Notes: generated by a model from the letters alone, not told the origin. DNA of 63,164 bases, filler included, from Octopus bimaculoides (GCF_001194135.2; 4 parts of 4 records of this genome joined end to end with filler, not necessarily neighbours in it); one strand, 5' to 3'. Numbered from the whole stretch's first letter, positions 27,621-39,143 are shown. Translations and numbers: made by a program.

Positions 27621-27859
27621 AAATATTGTAGTTTCGTTCGCAGGTGATCTAAACAAGTAGGTATGTTAAGTGCTGTAAAGAATTATGGATCCATTGTAGT
27701 TTTCCGATATAGCGGATATATAATTGATAGCGAAGACAACAAACGTTAAGGCAAGGCAAACATCTCAAGTCATGAGGGTAACGAGCGCACAGCTGAAACC
27801 GATGGAAATTCGAATAGCCATACCGATACAAACAGTACTAAATATATCATAGTCGTTAC

Positions 27860-28110
27860 AACTAATAATAGCTATACTTAAAATATTAATAGGATTGTAA
27901 TAATATTAATTCTAGCACCAACAGCAATATTACTAGTTCTGCAAATAATACTACTACTAACACTCCTAACACAAACACTACCATTAATTGTCGCAATAGT
28001 AATATCACTAATACCACCTTCACTACCACTACCACTACTAACACTACTACTACTACTCATGCTACTGCTACCACTACTGCTAGTAGTAGTAGTAATTATA
28101 ATAGCGGTGC
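27860..28110. repeat. Degenerate (ACT/AAT)n trinucleotide tract
   Basis: Visible 3-nt periodicity. Confidence 0.8.
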
Positions 28111-28297
28111 TGATAAGCAGAGAATAGCAGTTTCACATCACTAGCCAGCCACGTACACAATTTAATTAATAGGAAAATGCAATATAGATTTACTTGGGCT
28201 ATAATAGTGTCAATTTGTTTGACTAAAGGCAGTGCTTCAGCATAATTGCAATCAACTGACTGACACAAGTAAAATAATAAAGGAATATATATATGTA

Positions 28298-28336
<39 letters not shown>

Positions 28337-28452
28337 GTATATATATATATATNNNNNNNNNNNNNNNNNNNNNNNNNNNNNNNNNNNNNNNNNNNNTTAA
28401 TTAATTAANNNNNNNNNNNNNNNNNNNNNNNNNNNNNNNNNNNNNNNNNNNN

Positions 28453-28675
28453 GAGGAAGTTAACAGAGGTGTCAGAGATGGTAGAAGTAAAGTCAAGAGC
28501 AGGGTGGAAGTTAGAGAGGAAGGAGATGAAAAGGCAGAGCTGTTTGCGGGAGAGGGAGGTGGCTCCTATACAGTCATCTATGTAGCGACCGTATAGTTCC
28601 GGGGTCGGACCGGAGAATTGGGAGAATACTTGGGCCTCAATGTAACCAACAAAGAGGTTGGCGTAATTGGGCCCC

Positions 28676-28680
<5 letters not shown>
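28453..28680 (-). mobile_element. Penelope-like retroelement RT fragment
   Basis: MGPNYANLFVG..YGRYIDDCIG..NFHPALDFT..VNFL are PLE RT motifs 4-7. Confidence 0.9.
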
Positions 28681-28714
<34 letters not shown>

Positions 28715-28716
<2 letters not shown>

Positions 28717-28872
28717 GGGCTTCTTTCAGTTTCCATCAACCAAATCTACTCATAAGGCTTTGATTAGCCTGGGGCTATAACAGAAGACACTGGCCCAAAA
28801 TGCCATGCTGTGGAACTAAATCCAGAACCATGTGGTTGGGAAACAAACTTCTTGCTGCACATCCACACCTGC
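28715..28872 (-). mobile_element. SINE family A, 5' half
   Basis: gggcttctttcagtttcc..agaaccatgtggttg homologous to the full copies. Confidence 0.8.
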
Positions 28873-29211
28873 ACATAATATAGATAATAAAATTACTATG
28901 AAAAATTAGCTTTTGCTTGATTAAAATAAGTTTTTGTGTTTCTTCTTAGCCATTGTACTTGTTTTTTTAATGTACTGGAGTTTTTATTTGTTTGTTTGTT
29001 GTTTTTTAGTTTTTTTTTTGTTTTTTTTTCCAAAAATTATGTACATTGTAAAATACTATTTATGTTTCTCAATTAAAAAGACACTGAAGTACACATGATT
29101 AAGAATCACTGCACTACATGAAGATCAAGCAATATTCTTATAATCCAATCAATTTTAAGATTAATTAATCATTAGTTATCACAAGCTTATCATAGAATTG
29201 CAATTCCTGTT

Positions 29212-29318
29212 TCAGGTCACATTTTCGTTAATGACATCAACCTGCAGAAATGTAAACTGAACATTATCTTCATCGGTTTCAACAGCACAAATGTCTAGCT
29301 AAGTATTTAGCCACTTTC
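29212..29318 (-). CDS. Tandem-CARD gene, candidate terminal exon G (GKWLNT*LDICAVETDEDNVQFTFLQVDVINENVT*)
   Basis: Long T-tract with AGs giving exon starts at 29323 or 29318. In-frame TAG at 29299-29301 and TGA at 29212-29214. Minus-strand AATAAA near 28983-28988. Exact splice choice is ambiguous. Confidence 0.4.
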
Positions 29319-29409
29319 CTAGACTAAAATAAAACAGATAAAGAAAAAAAAAAAAAAAAATTNNNNNNNNNNAAAAAAAAAAAAAAAAAAAAATTATAAA
29401 TTACTTTAC

Positions 29410-29532
29410 CAGCTTCAGAAAGAGCTTCATATAAAGATTGTGACTTTCCTGGATATAAATCCGCCTCAAACTTATCCATAACCTTTTCAATGTCCCTTCT
29501 GCAGGTGTAGTCAATGCTGTTTGAAGGTAGCC
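29410..29532 (-). CDS. Tandem-CARD gene, exon F (second half of CARD3: LPSNSIDYTCRRDIEKVMDKFEADLYPGKSQSLYEALSEA)
   Basis: 123 nt, ttattacag| acceptor, G|gtaaag donor, phase 1-1. Joins exon E in frame. PGK.QSLYEALSEAG fits CARD helix 5. Confidence 0.8.
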
Positions 29533-31171
29533 CTGTAATAAGATAAGATACGATAAAATAAAATAATGTTAATAATAACTGTTTCTAACATAGGCACAGA
29601 GTCAGAAATATGAGGGATAGGGTTCAATTTATTAAATGAACACATGTACTTAACGACACTTACTGATCCCCCAAAAGGATGAAAAGAAACATTGATCTCT
29701 GAAGATAAAGAGCTAGAAGAAATTTTATAAGATATTTATTCTATTTATCTATACTATAAATTGCAGTGTTCTTGATTGCTTGATTGATTGATTGATTGAG
29801 TGTCGGCAGATTCACTCGAGAATGGTGCAGTGGAATCGCGTGAAATTCAGCACAGAGCGGCAGCATGGTCCGCTCATGTTCAGGAGATTTTTATTGCCCT
29901 CCAACTCCCATGGTTACCGAGATAATCGATTATTACTTTTTAAGATAGGAATATCCCATTCAAAGTGGGGAGGGGCGATTTTGTTGCCTTTCCCATGCGC
30001 GAAATTTTACGAAAAACCAGCACAATAAAGATTATTTTTTTCCAAGTAATGTGGCTGGGTTTGTTTTTCGAAAATTTTAATCAGNNNNNNNNNNNNNNNN
30101 NNNNNNNNNNNNNNNNNNNNNNNNNNNNNNNNNNNNNNNNNNNNNNNNNNNNNNNNNNNNNNNNNNNNNNNNNNNNNNNNNNNNNNNNNNNNNNNNNNNN
30201 NNNNNNNNNNNNNNNNNNNNNNNNNNNNNNNNNNNNCTCATTTAAATGTATTTTGCATGGAGTTGATGTACTTTTTAACAGGAGAGGAGTGCCTGCAGGC
30301 TGGTTCTTCTCAAGTTTATACATTTTCAGGTTCAATGTGTTTCAAATAAGTACTGACAATTGAAGGTGATTGCAAAGACAAAGAACTACCTGTTTTTTTT
30401 TAACAATTTTAACAGTGAGGACATTGGACAAAATATGTTATTGACATTAATAGTTTGTACCTCAGCTAATTACTGTTGAGAACTGCATAATCCATGTGTC
30501 ATGTTAGAGATCTAAAAGGCATTTTCGAATTTCATTATTTTCTTTAATCCAGGCAACGCTGGATATTTCTGCTAGTTATATCATATATTACAGGAGATAG
30601 TCTAGTAGCAACAACTGGTCCACACTGTGTAATATTTGATAGCACAATAATGTTATAGAGGGATGGTAAGGAATGTATCTGCTGTATCGTGTGGCAAGGT
30701 AAAAAGTCTGGTGTTGCTGGGTTGCATATCAACAGAAGGAAGCTGAGTGTTATGTTGTGCATAGCTGTGTGTGATTATTTTTAATTATTCTTAAAATATT
30801 ACTTTAAAGTATTATTAATATATTTAAGCAACTCCATTTTTGCACACATTGCTCATATGATTTTTCAAAACAAACACAGATCAATATTTTCTTCATCATG
30901 TTCATATCATATTTCAAAATATATTCAAGCAATAGACAATTCAAGAGAAAGCAGGCTTGAATTAACAGCTAAATGACTGAAACAATGAAAATTAGAGTAG
31001 AAGAATAAACTTGACAAACAGTGCATGCATGCATGCACATGTGTATGTGTGTGTATGTTTGTGTTTAATATTAATTGTGATTGTTTATTCATAGTAGCAA
31101 AAGCATACTTCCAAAGTTACATATCATATGAAAGGTAGCACTCTAGTAGTAAATAAAATATTTTAACTTAC

Positions 31172-31300
31172 CTAGATCCTGTACTAATTTGGGCCAAATA
31201 TCTCGTGGGTGGACAGTTTCAAGTATAAGCTGACGAAAATGCATGATCATTTCAGACCTGTCATTTGACATGTAATTTACTTTATCTTCACAGACAGGGA
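31172..31300 (-). CDS. Tandem-CARD gene, exon E (first half of CARD3: PVCEDKVNYMSNDRSEMIMHFRQLILETVHPRDIWPKLVQDL)
   Basis: 129 nt, ttttccag| acceptor, G|gtaagt donor, phase 1-1. FRQLILETVHPRDIWPKL is a RIG-I/MDA5-like CARD helix-1/2 motif. Confidence 0.8.
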
Positions 31301-31509
31301 CTGGAAAAGAAACATTTTTTAGGGAGAGAGTATTTTGCATCCATTTTAGTCCATGTTAGCATGAGAGAGAGTTTACTGCAGTAATCATAGCTCTAATGTC
31401 TTATTTAGTAGCAGGATGCCTTCTAAATACTAATCACAATAATTAACTACAAAAACCAGTATTTTATGAGTCAAATAAACAGAAGTAATACGTTTATGTC
31501 TTCAGTAGG

Positions 31510-31573
<64 letters not shown>

Positions 31574-31588
31574 GTATATATATACATG

Positions 31589-31619
<31 letters not shown>

Positions 31620-32748
31620 GAAATGAGAAGGAAACAAGAATTACATTATCAACTTCATTGGCTTACTGCTGTTTTTGGTATAAGAAGCAGTGTACTCACA
31701 GCTCAGTGCTTATGCATCACCTTATAGTCTCCTTGGAGCCATTAAAATAAAGTGTATGTTTATTTGGGAAATCATTTGAATACGTATCTGCTACAGACCT
31801 GTTATTATCTAATCTTGAATATTGTTGGGAGTGGCCTCTCTCCTTCAAACTGTATACACCTTTTCCATACTCTCCAAAAAAGACATACACTTTATTTTAA
31901 TGAGTCTGGGGAAGTTATAAGGTAACGTACAAGTAGTCAGCACTGAATAGCAAAAATAGCTGAAAGCCAATGAAGTTGATTACATAATTCCTGTTCCTTT
32001 GTCATTCAATTAATATTTAAATTATGATCTGTAGTCATATAACACTTTACTCTGAAGCATATGTATAATGAATTCTAACAATAGTTTATTACTGTTGCTA
32101 TGCCAAAGCAAAATCATAATATATATATACAGTTTCTGTCTACCAAATCCAATCACAAGGTTCTGGTTGGCCCAGGGCTACAGTAAAAGACACTTACCCA
32201 AAGTGCCAAATTTCAATAATAGATCACTTTATACCAGAGGAGATATTACAAACAAATTGAATTTTGATGGTTCTGACGAAATCAGGATATCTCAGAAAGA
32301 GTAAGCTGAGAGCGGTGATCTCTTTCTATTTCCCAGCTAAGATAGAGAACCAGAACATGGCAGTACAAGCTACTGAAATGCTCATTAATTAATAGCTACT
32401 CAACAAAAACTGATATTGGTCTAAACATTATCATCAACTTCACATAGTCAACCTATTTTTCTATGTAGGCATATCTTACAACTTTTCTCAGATGCCTTAA
32501 GGTCTCAAGTCTGCCTTGAATACTTCTTCCCAGAACTACCTGGTCTGCTGATACTAGCAATACTTTCCACTACAAACACAAAGCATCTCACTAGCTTACA
32601 TTCTCCATTCAAACTACATTTTTTAAACCAGCACAATCATCTCACATGCACAAATCTGACAAAATCTTTTCTAGCCCAAAATGAGAAACATAGGATAGAA
32701 ATATTTGAAAAGACCTAACTGAAAAAAATATATATATTTCTGTCTTAC

Positions 32749-33081
32749 CAGCTTCTTGGATTTTTTTCAACAAATCATTTCTGTCTAGGGATTTAAGATA
32801 TTTATCAAGGTCCTTCATCAGATATGATAAGGTAGAAGGAAAATATGAAAATAATAAAATAGCAGCTGAATTGGTTCCTTCTATTTTTTCAGCAAGTTCT
32901 ATATCTTTCAGTTGACTGTCATGAATAGTTTCCATTTTATTCAAATCATTTGCAAATGTGATAATGTTCAAATGACCTTCAGTTATTTCAGTGCTGAATA
33001 TTTCAAATATATTACAGTAGGAATTAAAATCATCTGCTTGTTCTTTCATAAATACATAGAGTTTGCAAATTGAGTTAAATT
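32749..33081 (-). CDS. Tandem-CARD gene, exon D (CARD1 last helix plus a complete CARD2)
   Basis: 333 nt, ttttcttcatttcag| acceptor, G|gtaaga donor, phase 1-1, fully open. Includes ORF 32642..33049. LKDIELAEKIEGTNSAAILLFSYF matches the CARD helix-3/4 pattern (I..E...G...AA.LL..L). Confidence 0.8.
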
Positions 33082-33189
33082 CTGAAATGAAGAAAAGATT
33101 AAATAATTATGTGAAATAGATAATTAAGTAGATAGATAAATAGATAAAAAGAAAATGGAAAAAATAATACAAAAAATAAAAGATCATAC

Positions 33190-34480
33190 TATTTTTACCC
33201 AAGCAGGTCAGTTAGGTGGGGTATGCACTGTTGCAGAATGTTGTCATCCCAAGCAACCCTCCAAGCAGTGTCCCAGTGAGTCCCCTTCTGTACGAGGTAC
33301 TTCCTCTCCTGCCATGACCATATGGCATGTGGCATGCGGCTGACCAACATAAGCTTTCACTTCAACTGGATCCTTAGACACAATGCACAAGATCCAACTT
33401 GAAAAATCAAGAAACACAATTAAACAGTCAGAGCTGACACTTCCAAATCATGCAAGTAACAGATGTATCTCAGTTTCTGATTATTGTCATTGGTTGAACA
33501 TGGAATCCGACCAACAATGACTCATAATTCTGCAAAGCATCCTGGTACCAAAAGAATTTAGGGGATACCTAAACAGCAACCAAGTCTCACAACTATATAG
33601 CAAGACTAGAAGGAGCAGAGACCTGATGACCAGAACTTTTGTCCACTTCCACAGATATCATCAGCACCAAACATCCTTATCTGGTGAGTCAACAACTGCA
33701 CCAGCACATCCAAGTTTTGTTAAAACTTTGGACTCTCAGCTATTTCATTCTCACCCACAAAGCAATCAGACAAGATGGAGTCCCCCAGGAAGCAAACAAA
33801 AGATTGGATCTTTTTCTTGACCCAAAAAACTTTAAGGCTAAATGATTTTGCTTCCTTACTCAGTGAAAGAGAGACTCAGCAAGAATAACTGCATCATCAG
33901 CAAAATCCAAGTCAGTAACCCTAGTTTCACCAATGAATACATCACAACCCAATCAAGCCACCATCTGGCCAGGTATCCAGTCTATGCAGACATTAAACAG
34001 AGTGAGAGTCAAAACACAACCCTGATGGAACCCAGATTCTAAGTAGGAAAAAGTCAGATGTTGAGCCCTCTTAACAGTCCCAGTCAGTTTCCATCTCTTC
34101 AAGGTACTTCCTCATCTGCCATGACCAAGTGACTTCCAACAGCCCAAACAGCCAGGACAGTATACTTTGCAGCTCCAGAATCCTCTAGAGCACACCCCTG
34201 TTCACTAAGTCAAAAGTTTTGCGGAGGTCAACATAAGCAGCAAGCAGACCCTGCCAAAAGCTACACCCGTGTACAATGAGTACACAGAGAGCAAGGATTC
34301 TCTAAGTAGCTGACTTTTTTGATGTGAGCCCTTACTGCTCCAGCTGCTGAGAGGCAAGTAGGTGATTCAACATACTGTTTTGAAAAACATTGGCAAAGAC
34401 CTTACCAGGCACGAAACTTCTCCCTCTATCCTCCACTGCCCAATCACCCAGTCCAATCCTATGTATTACTTCACTATATT
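33190..34480 (-). mobile_element. Old, rearranged RTE-type LINE fragments (intronic)
   Basis: Degenerate RxxWxGHV.R / GRP region. The gtacttcctc..ctgccatgacc segment occurs twice (about 33297 and 34104). Confidence 0.5.
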
Positions 34481-35559
34481 CTCCCACCCCACTATATCTT
34501 GAGAATATTATTTCCCCATCTTGAGAAAATGTCCTGACACATCTCTACCAACATCTCTCTCTCCCCCTCTCTATATTTCTAAGTCATTTTTCTCTCCTTT
34601 TTCTAACTGGAGTATCCTTGTATTTTCTTCTACAGCAAGACACCTCTCTATTCCTCTATTATTCTTTTTAATCTTTTATCAACTGACATAAAGCCAACTC
34701 TCTCAATACTACTCACCCTCCAGTCAAGGGGGTTTTAGCTTCTTAGTTAATTGGTGACCTTGCCAGTGCTGGTGCCACACAAAAAGCACCCAGGAAGTTG
34801 CATCCACCCGCAGAAACCATGTCAAAGCAGGCAATAGAGCTTGGTAGTCCGCTGTATTGTCAAACTCGTCAAATCATCTAATCCATGCCAGCATGAAAAA
34901 TGTGCATTAAATGTATGTATGTATGTACATACGTATGTATTTACTTACTAAAGTATACTGACAGTTCGAAAAAGAAAAAAGTGAACTTAGAATTTTATTT
35001 ACTTACAATTCAACCAGCTCTTGAAAACAATATACACACTTTAATTTATACTTATTCAGTAAGATGGAAATATACACTATTAATATCCAGCAGAAGTTCA
35101 CATATTTGAACAAATGAACCAACTTTCCATTTAATATTCTAACACTTTATTATAATTTAAATGCACAAAGTCAGATGAAACAGGTTCAAATTTTATGGTT
35201 ATTTTAAGTAATCAAACAGCTGTATCTGAGAACTATAAAATACATCAGAAGGCCTTTCTACAATCTACATGATTACATAAAATCACAACACTTAAACAAG
35301 CTTCTTTCAATTTTCATCTACACACAAGACTTTAATCAGGCTGGGACTGTAGAAGGCGCTTGTCTAAGGTGCCATGCAGTGAGCCTGAATCTAGAACCAT
35401 GTGGTTGGAAGTAAACTTCTAACCACACAACCATGCCTGCACCTATTGAGTTGTCTTTTTTTTCTTATAGTACATGCCTTTTTGTAAGCAGTTTTGAAAG
35501 AAACTATATAAAGTATTGTAGGTAATTGTCTATTCTCATAATCCATTGAGTCATACATG

Positions 35560-35980
35560 CAGTGCTGGATTAAGCATTATTAAGCAAAATAAGCATGTGC
35601 TTAGGGTATCAAGGGTAGGTGTTCACCAAAGAAATGGTAAATGGTTTATGGCACAAATGGAATCTCTTTAAACATGCTAAAATAATATTTAGGATGCCTT
35701 ATCTCTACTAAGTATAGAAGCAGATGTTTTACATAAGATTAATTTTGAGAATCTGATCAAAGATTTTACAATTAAAAAAGATAAGAGGAAACTTTGCAAA
35801 TATAAATAAAGTAAAAGTATACAAAAATAAACATTATTTCCCATCTTACTGTTAGTTTTGTTTCATTTTGAAAAATTAAAATTTATTTTATGGTTTATTA
35901 TTGTTTACATTTAAATTATATTTGGAGGCACCAAAATCTTTTGAGTGCTTAGCACCTGTATGGGTCTTAATCCAGCCCTG
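35560..35980. mobile_element. hAT-type MITE (421 bp, intronic)
   Basis: TIR cagtgctggattaag / cttaatccagccctg flanked by an 8-bp TSD catacatg / catacatc. Confidence 0.85.
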
Positions 35981-36144
35981 CATACATCAACATTTAAGAC
36001 TTGAAATTTATATTACAGAATTTCTGAAAGGTGAAACTCATGTACCAGTAATATATATTGCACATCCAATCCTTTGATATACTGATAGTCTAACAACCAA
36101 GTGAAATTCATTTAATGAAATGGATTATATATTTTTATGATTAC

Positions 36145-36276
36145 CTGCTTCTTTAAGTGCCACATAGTAAATATCCCATTTGTCTTCAGTAGTACTCTGT
36201 ATTAATGCATCATACATTACTTGAAATCCCTCTTCAGATGACTTTTTATGGGCTTTACAGATGGAACCTGCTTTGG
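36145..36276 (-). CDS. Tandem-CARD gene, exon C (second half of CARD1: KAGSICKAHKKSSEEGFQVMYDALIQSTTEDKWDIYYVALKEA)
   Basis: 132 nt, polypyrimidine tract plus AG (in-frame alternative AGs give starts at 36270 and 36267), G|gtaatc donor, phase 1-1. The pattern Lxx-S-x-x-E-x-x-W...AL-x-E resembles RIG-I CARD2 helices 4-5 as recalled. Confidence 0.75.
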
Positions 36277-36304
36277 CTTTGAAAGAAAGAAAATTAAACA
36301 ATTT

Positions 36305-36665
36305 ATCATCATCATCATCATTGTCGTTTAACGTCCACTTTCCATGCTAGCATGGGTTGGACGATTTAACTGAGGACTGGTGAAACCAGATGGCTACACC
36401 AGGCTCCAATCTGATTTGGCAGTTTCTACAGCTGGATGCCCTTCCTAACGCCAACCACTCCGAGAGTGTAGTGGGTGCTTTTACGTGCCACCGGCACGAA
36501 GGCCAGTCAGGCGGTACTGACAACGGCCACACTCAAAATGGTGTATTTTACGTGCCACCCGCACAAGAGCCAGTTCGGCGGCACTGGCAACGATCTCGCT
36601 CGAATGTCTTTACACGTGCCATCCGGCACAAGTGCCAGGAAGGCGATGCTGGGCACAGGAGCCAT
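36305..36665 (-). mobile_element. RTE-related short element with (GAT)n tail and internal 66-bp repeats
   Basis: (atc)n tail, gtttaacgtcc.ctttccatgctagcatggg and gatgcccttcctaacgccaacc, followed by three minisatellite units. A partial opposite-orientation copy lies at about 34730-34915. Confidence 0.7.
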
Positions 36666-37360
36666 TGACGGTTTCGCTCATTTTACCAACTGACTTGTAA
36701 ATTTAGCAATTTACAAGTTTATTCATTGCATTTTTGTAAATTATCTGTGTTTTAGTGAAAATAGTATTTTTTGGTATGAGTTGTAACTGTATGCAGAATA
36801 CTGCTTTTTAAATTTCAACTTCTAGCTTATGAAACAGTATGCAGAATCAAGACATAAAAAGGAAACTGAATCGCAGATCTGCATAGTATGTACTAGCATG
36901 AAGATATAGACATAAATAATAATGATAAAGCATATTCAATTCCAGTTTGCTATGCCTCCATTAGTGTCACAGAGAGGATACAGTGGAAGAGTCTGTCTTC
37001 CATTACCAATTCTTTCTAAGTATGAATTTTAACCTCTTGCACACTGTAGGTGCATCATGTCACTGTATGAGTTTTCTCCCCTGTAGTAACAGGACAGTGG
37101 CAGGGGAAACAATTCTAGAGAAAATGTAGTGTGCTTAAAGGTTAAGACTTTTGTGGTGAGGTAAATGTGATTTTTAACCTTCATATAGCTCTCAATGGTA
37201 CACGTATTATAAATACTTTATACAAGTGATATGAAGCAGGTATAATCAGATTGTTGTGGACTTAGCTTGCCAGAGGCTTACTGCATTGCAAAAAAATCTA
37301 AACATTCTCCTCTACATTTGATAAGATTATAGCAGAAATAAAAACGCATAACAAACTTAC

Positions 37361-37416
37361 GTCCTATCTTTAACACTGTGCCAATGTCAGGTAACGATAC
37401 AAAAACCAAGGAAATA
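37361..37416 (-). CDS. Tandem-CARD gene, candidate exon B (ISLVFVSLPDIGTVLKIG)
   Basis: 56 nt, cag| acceptor, C|gtaagt consensus donor, phase 2 to 1. VSLPDIGTVL parallels the VHPRDIWPKL CARD helix-2 motif of exon E. Confidence 0.5.
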
Positions 37417-37700
37417 CTGCATTCAAATTAGTGTGTAGTACATATGTCATTGTTATAATCAGAATATGCACAATATCAACTGTACTTCCACCCTGTCACC
37501 CTATAGCCACCTCATCACCAACTGTCTTTCCTTTCCCTTTACCATTCCATCACATTATCTTTGCAGTACATCCCTTTCAACTCTTCCAATACGACCCACT
37601 ATTTCTGATGTCCTTCACAAATGCACACACACACACACACACACATATATATGCATTTATATATATGTGTATGTGTGTGTGTACACACACACACACATAC

Positions 37701-37816
37701 ATTAGTTTCTTGATTAAAACTGGAGCTGAAAGTTTGTTTCTTTTCTCAAGTTTCACTCTCATAGAACATTGATCCATTAATTCATACAATGTATATTTCA
37801 CAATCTTCAGATGAAA
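37701..37816 (-). CDS. Tandem-CARD gene, candidate exon A (putative ATG at 37777; MDQCSMRVKLEKRNKLSAPVLIKKL)
   Basis: NAGNAG acceptor (tag/cag), open frame, donor AT|gtatgt in phase 2, which matches the phase-2 acceptor of exon B. Weak sequence similarity on its own. Confidence 0.45.
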
Positions 37817-37879
37817 CTGCTATAGCTCAGTATTGGAGGTGAGTGTATGTATGTGTGTTTATATATATATATGGGAGAA

Positions 37880-38450
37880 TTTACGAAAAAAACAACAGGG
37901 GAGGGGTCGATTAGGGAAGATGTGGGAGGTGGAGGGGTCGGACTGGAGGTGCCGGAAAGCTTGGAGTATGGTGCGTTGGAGGGGTGGTGGTGGGATGGTA
38001 GGTGAGGGGAAAAGGTAGGTGGGAAACGGCAGGGCGGGTTTGGGGGGAGAGAGCAGATGCACGGTCCCTGGAACGTGCTCTGGCAAGGGCGGTGTGGATG
38101 GTGGTGGAGGGATATGTAGGCTAAAGTGGCGAGCCATGAGTTGAGACTGAGTCTCAAAGTCATATATATTCATTTGATTCATGCCATCCAAAGCAAAACA
38201 CACAAGAGAATAATATCCCCAGCTTGGCCAAAAGGATTTGCATGATATTATCCAGTACAAATATCCATGACATAGAACTTCAAGGACTGAATCATATACA
38301 TTTTGACAGAAGCTATCCACCATCTTTAATTAATAAGAGAATACAACAAGCCAAGAAATTCAAAATCCAGGAACTAATACAAACAAAACATAGAAATATA
38401 TTGTAATTGAAAGTCCTACCATATAATTCTACCAACAATCCTCAAAAGAA
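37880..38450. mobile_element. Two head-to-head Penelope-like fragments (minus about 37880-38158; plus about 38162-38450)
   Basis: Minus: DFETQSQLMARHF..ILQAFRHLQSDPSTSHIFP. Plus: DSCHPK..LAKRIC..RSYPPSLINKRIQQAK. Both are PLE RT-thumb regions. Confidence 0.75.
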
Positions 38451-38536
38451 TGACACATCATATACCCAAATATTCCAACACTAAAAACAAAAACCCAGTC
38501 TAAACCAAATCCTCTAAACATATTACTCTTTTTTCT

Positions 38537-38748
38537 CTCTTTTACTCTTTTACTTGTTTCAGTCATTTGACTGCGGCCATGCTGGAGCACCGCCTTTAGC
38601 CGAGCAAATCAACCCCAGGACTTATTCTTTGGAAGCCTAGTACTTATTCTATTGGTCTCTTTTGCCGAACCGCTAAGTAACGGGGACGTAAATACACCAG
38701 CATCGTTTGTCAAGCGATGTTGGGGGGGACAAACCCAGACACACAAAC

Positions 38749-38787
<39 letters not shown>

Positions 38788-38950
38788 CAACGGGCTTCTC
38801 TCAGTTTCCGTCTACCAAATCCACTCACAAAGCTTTGGTCGGCCCGAGGCTATAGCAGAAGACACTTGCCCAAGGTGCCACGCAGTAGGACTGAACCCAG
38901 AACCATGTGGTTGGTAAGCAAGCAACTTACCACACAGCCACTCCCGCGCC
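38537..38950 (-). mobile_element. SINE family A, full length and young (tRNA-derived, octopus OK/OR-like)
   Basis: ggcgcgggagtggctgtgtggtaag head with A/B-box-like motifs, central (CA)/(TA) tract, (GAGTAAAA)n tail. Confidence 0.9.
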
Positions 38951-39142
38951 TATATATACCATCATAGAGAACAAAAGACATCCCAAATCAAAGGAAAAAA
39001 ATTAACAAAGGCCAAACTTCACACAATAACAATAGGATCAGCAACAAAACAAATACAGAAGACCCAACTGTGGTGTACATTTTAAACCTTTGCCTATCCT
39101 GTGTATCACATCTGATACACAGGACATATTTCACCAGCTTCC

Positions 39143-39143
<1 letters not shown>

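Noticed and set aside
28080-28285. ORF MCQSVDCNYAEALPLVKQIDTIIAQ with a gt donor as a next CARD-gene exon
   Set aside because: The nucleotide sequence is a decayed SINE family A end.
30316-30389. Possible alternative terminal exon after exon E (GSSLSLQSPSIVSTYLKHIEPENV*)
   Set aside because: The acceptor is preceded by an A-run rather than a pyrimidine tract, and the peptide is not CARD-like.
30544-30764. 72-aa minus-strand ORF in frame with a phase-1 AG inside the E-F intron
   Set aside because: Weak acceptor, no recognisable motif, and exons E and F already join into a coherent domain.
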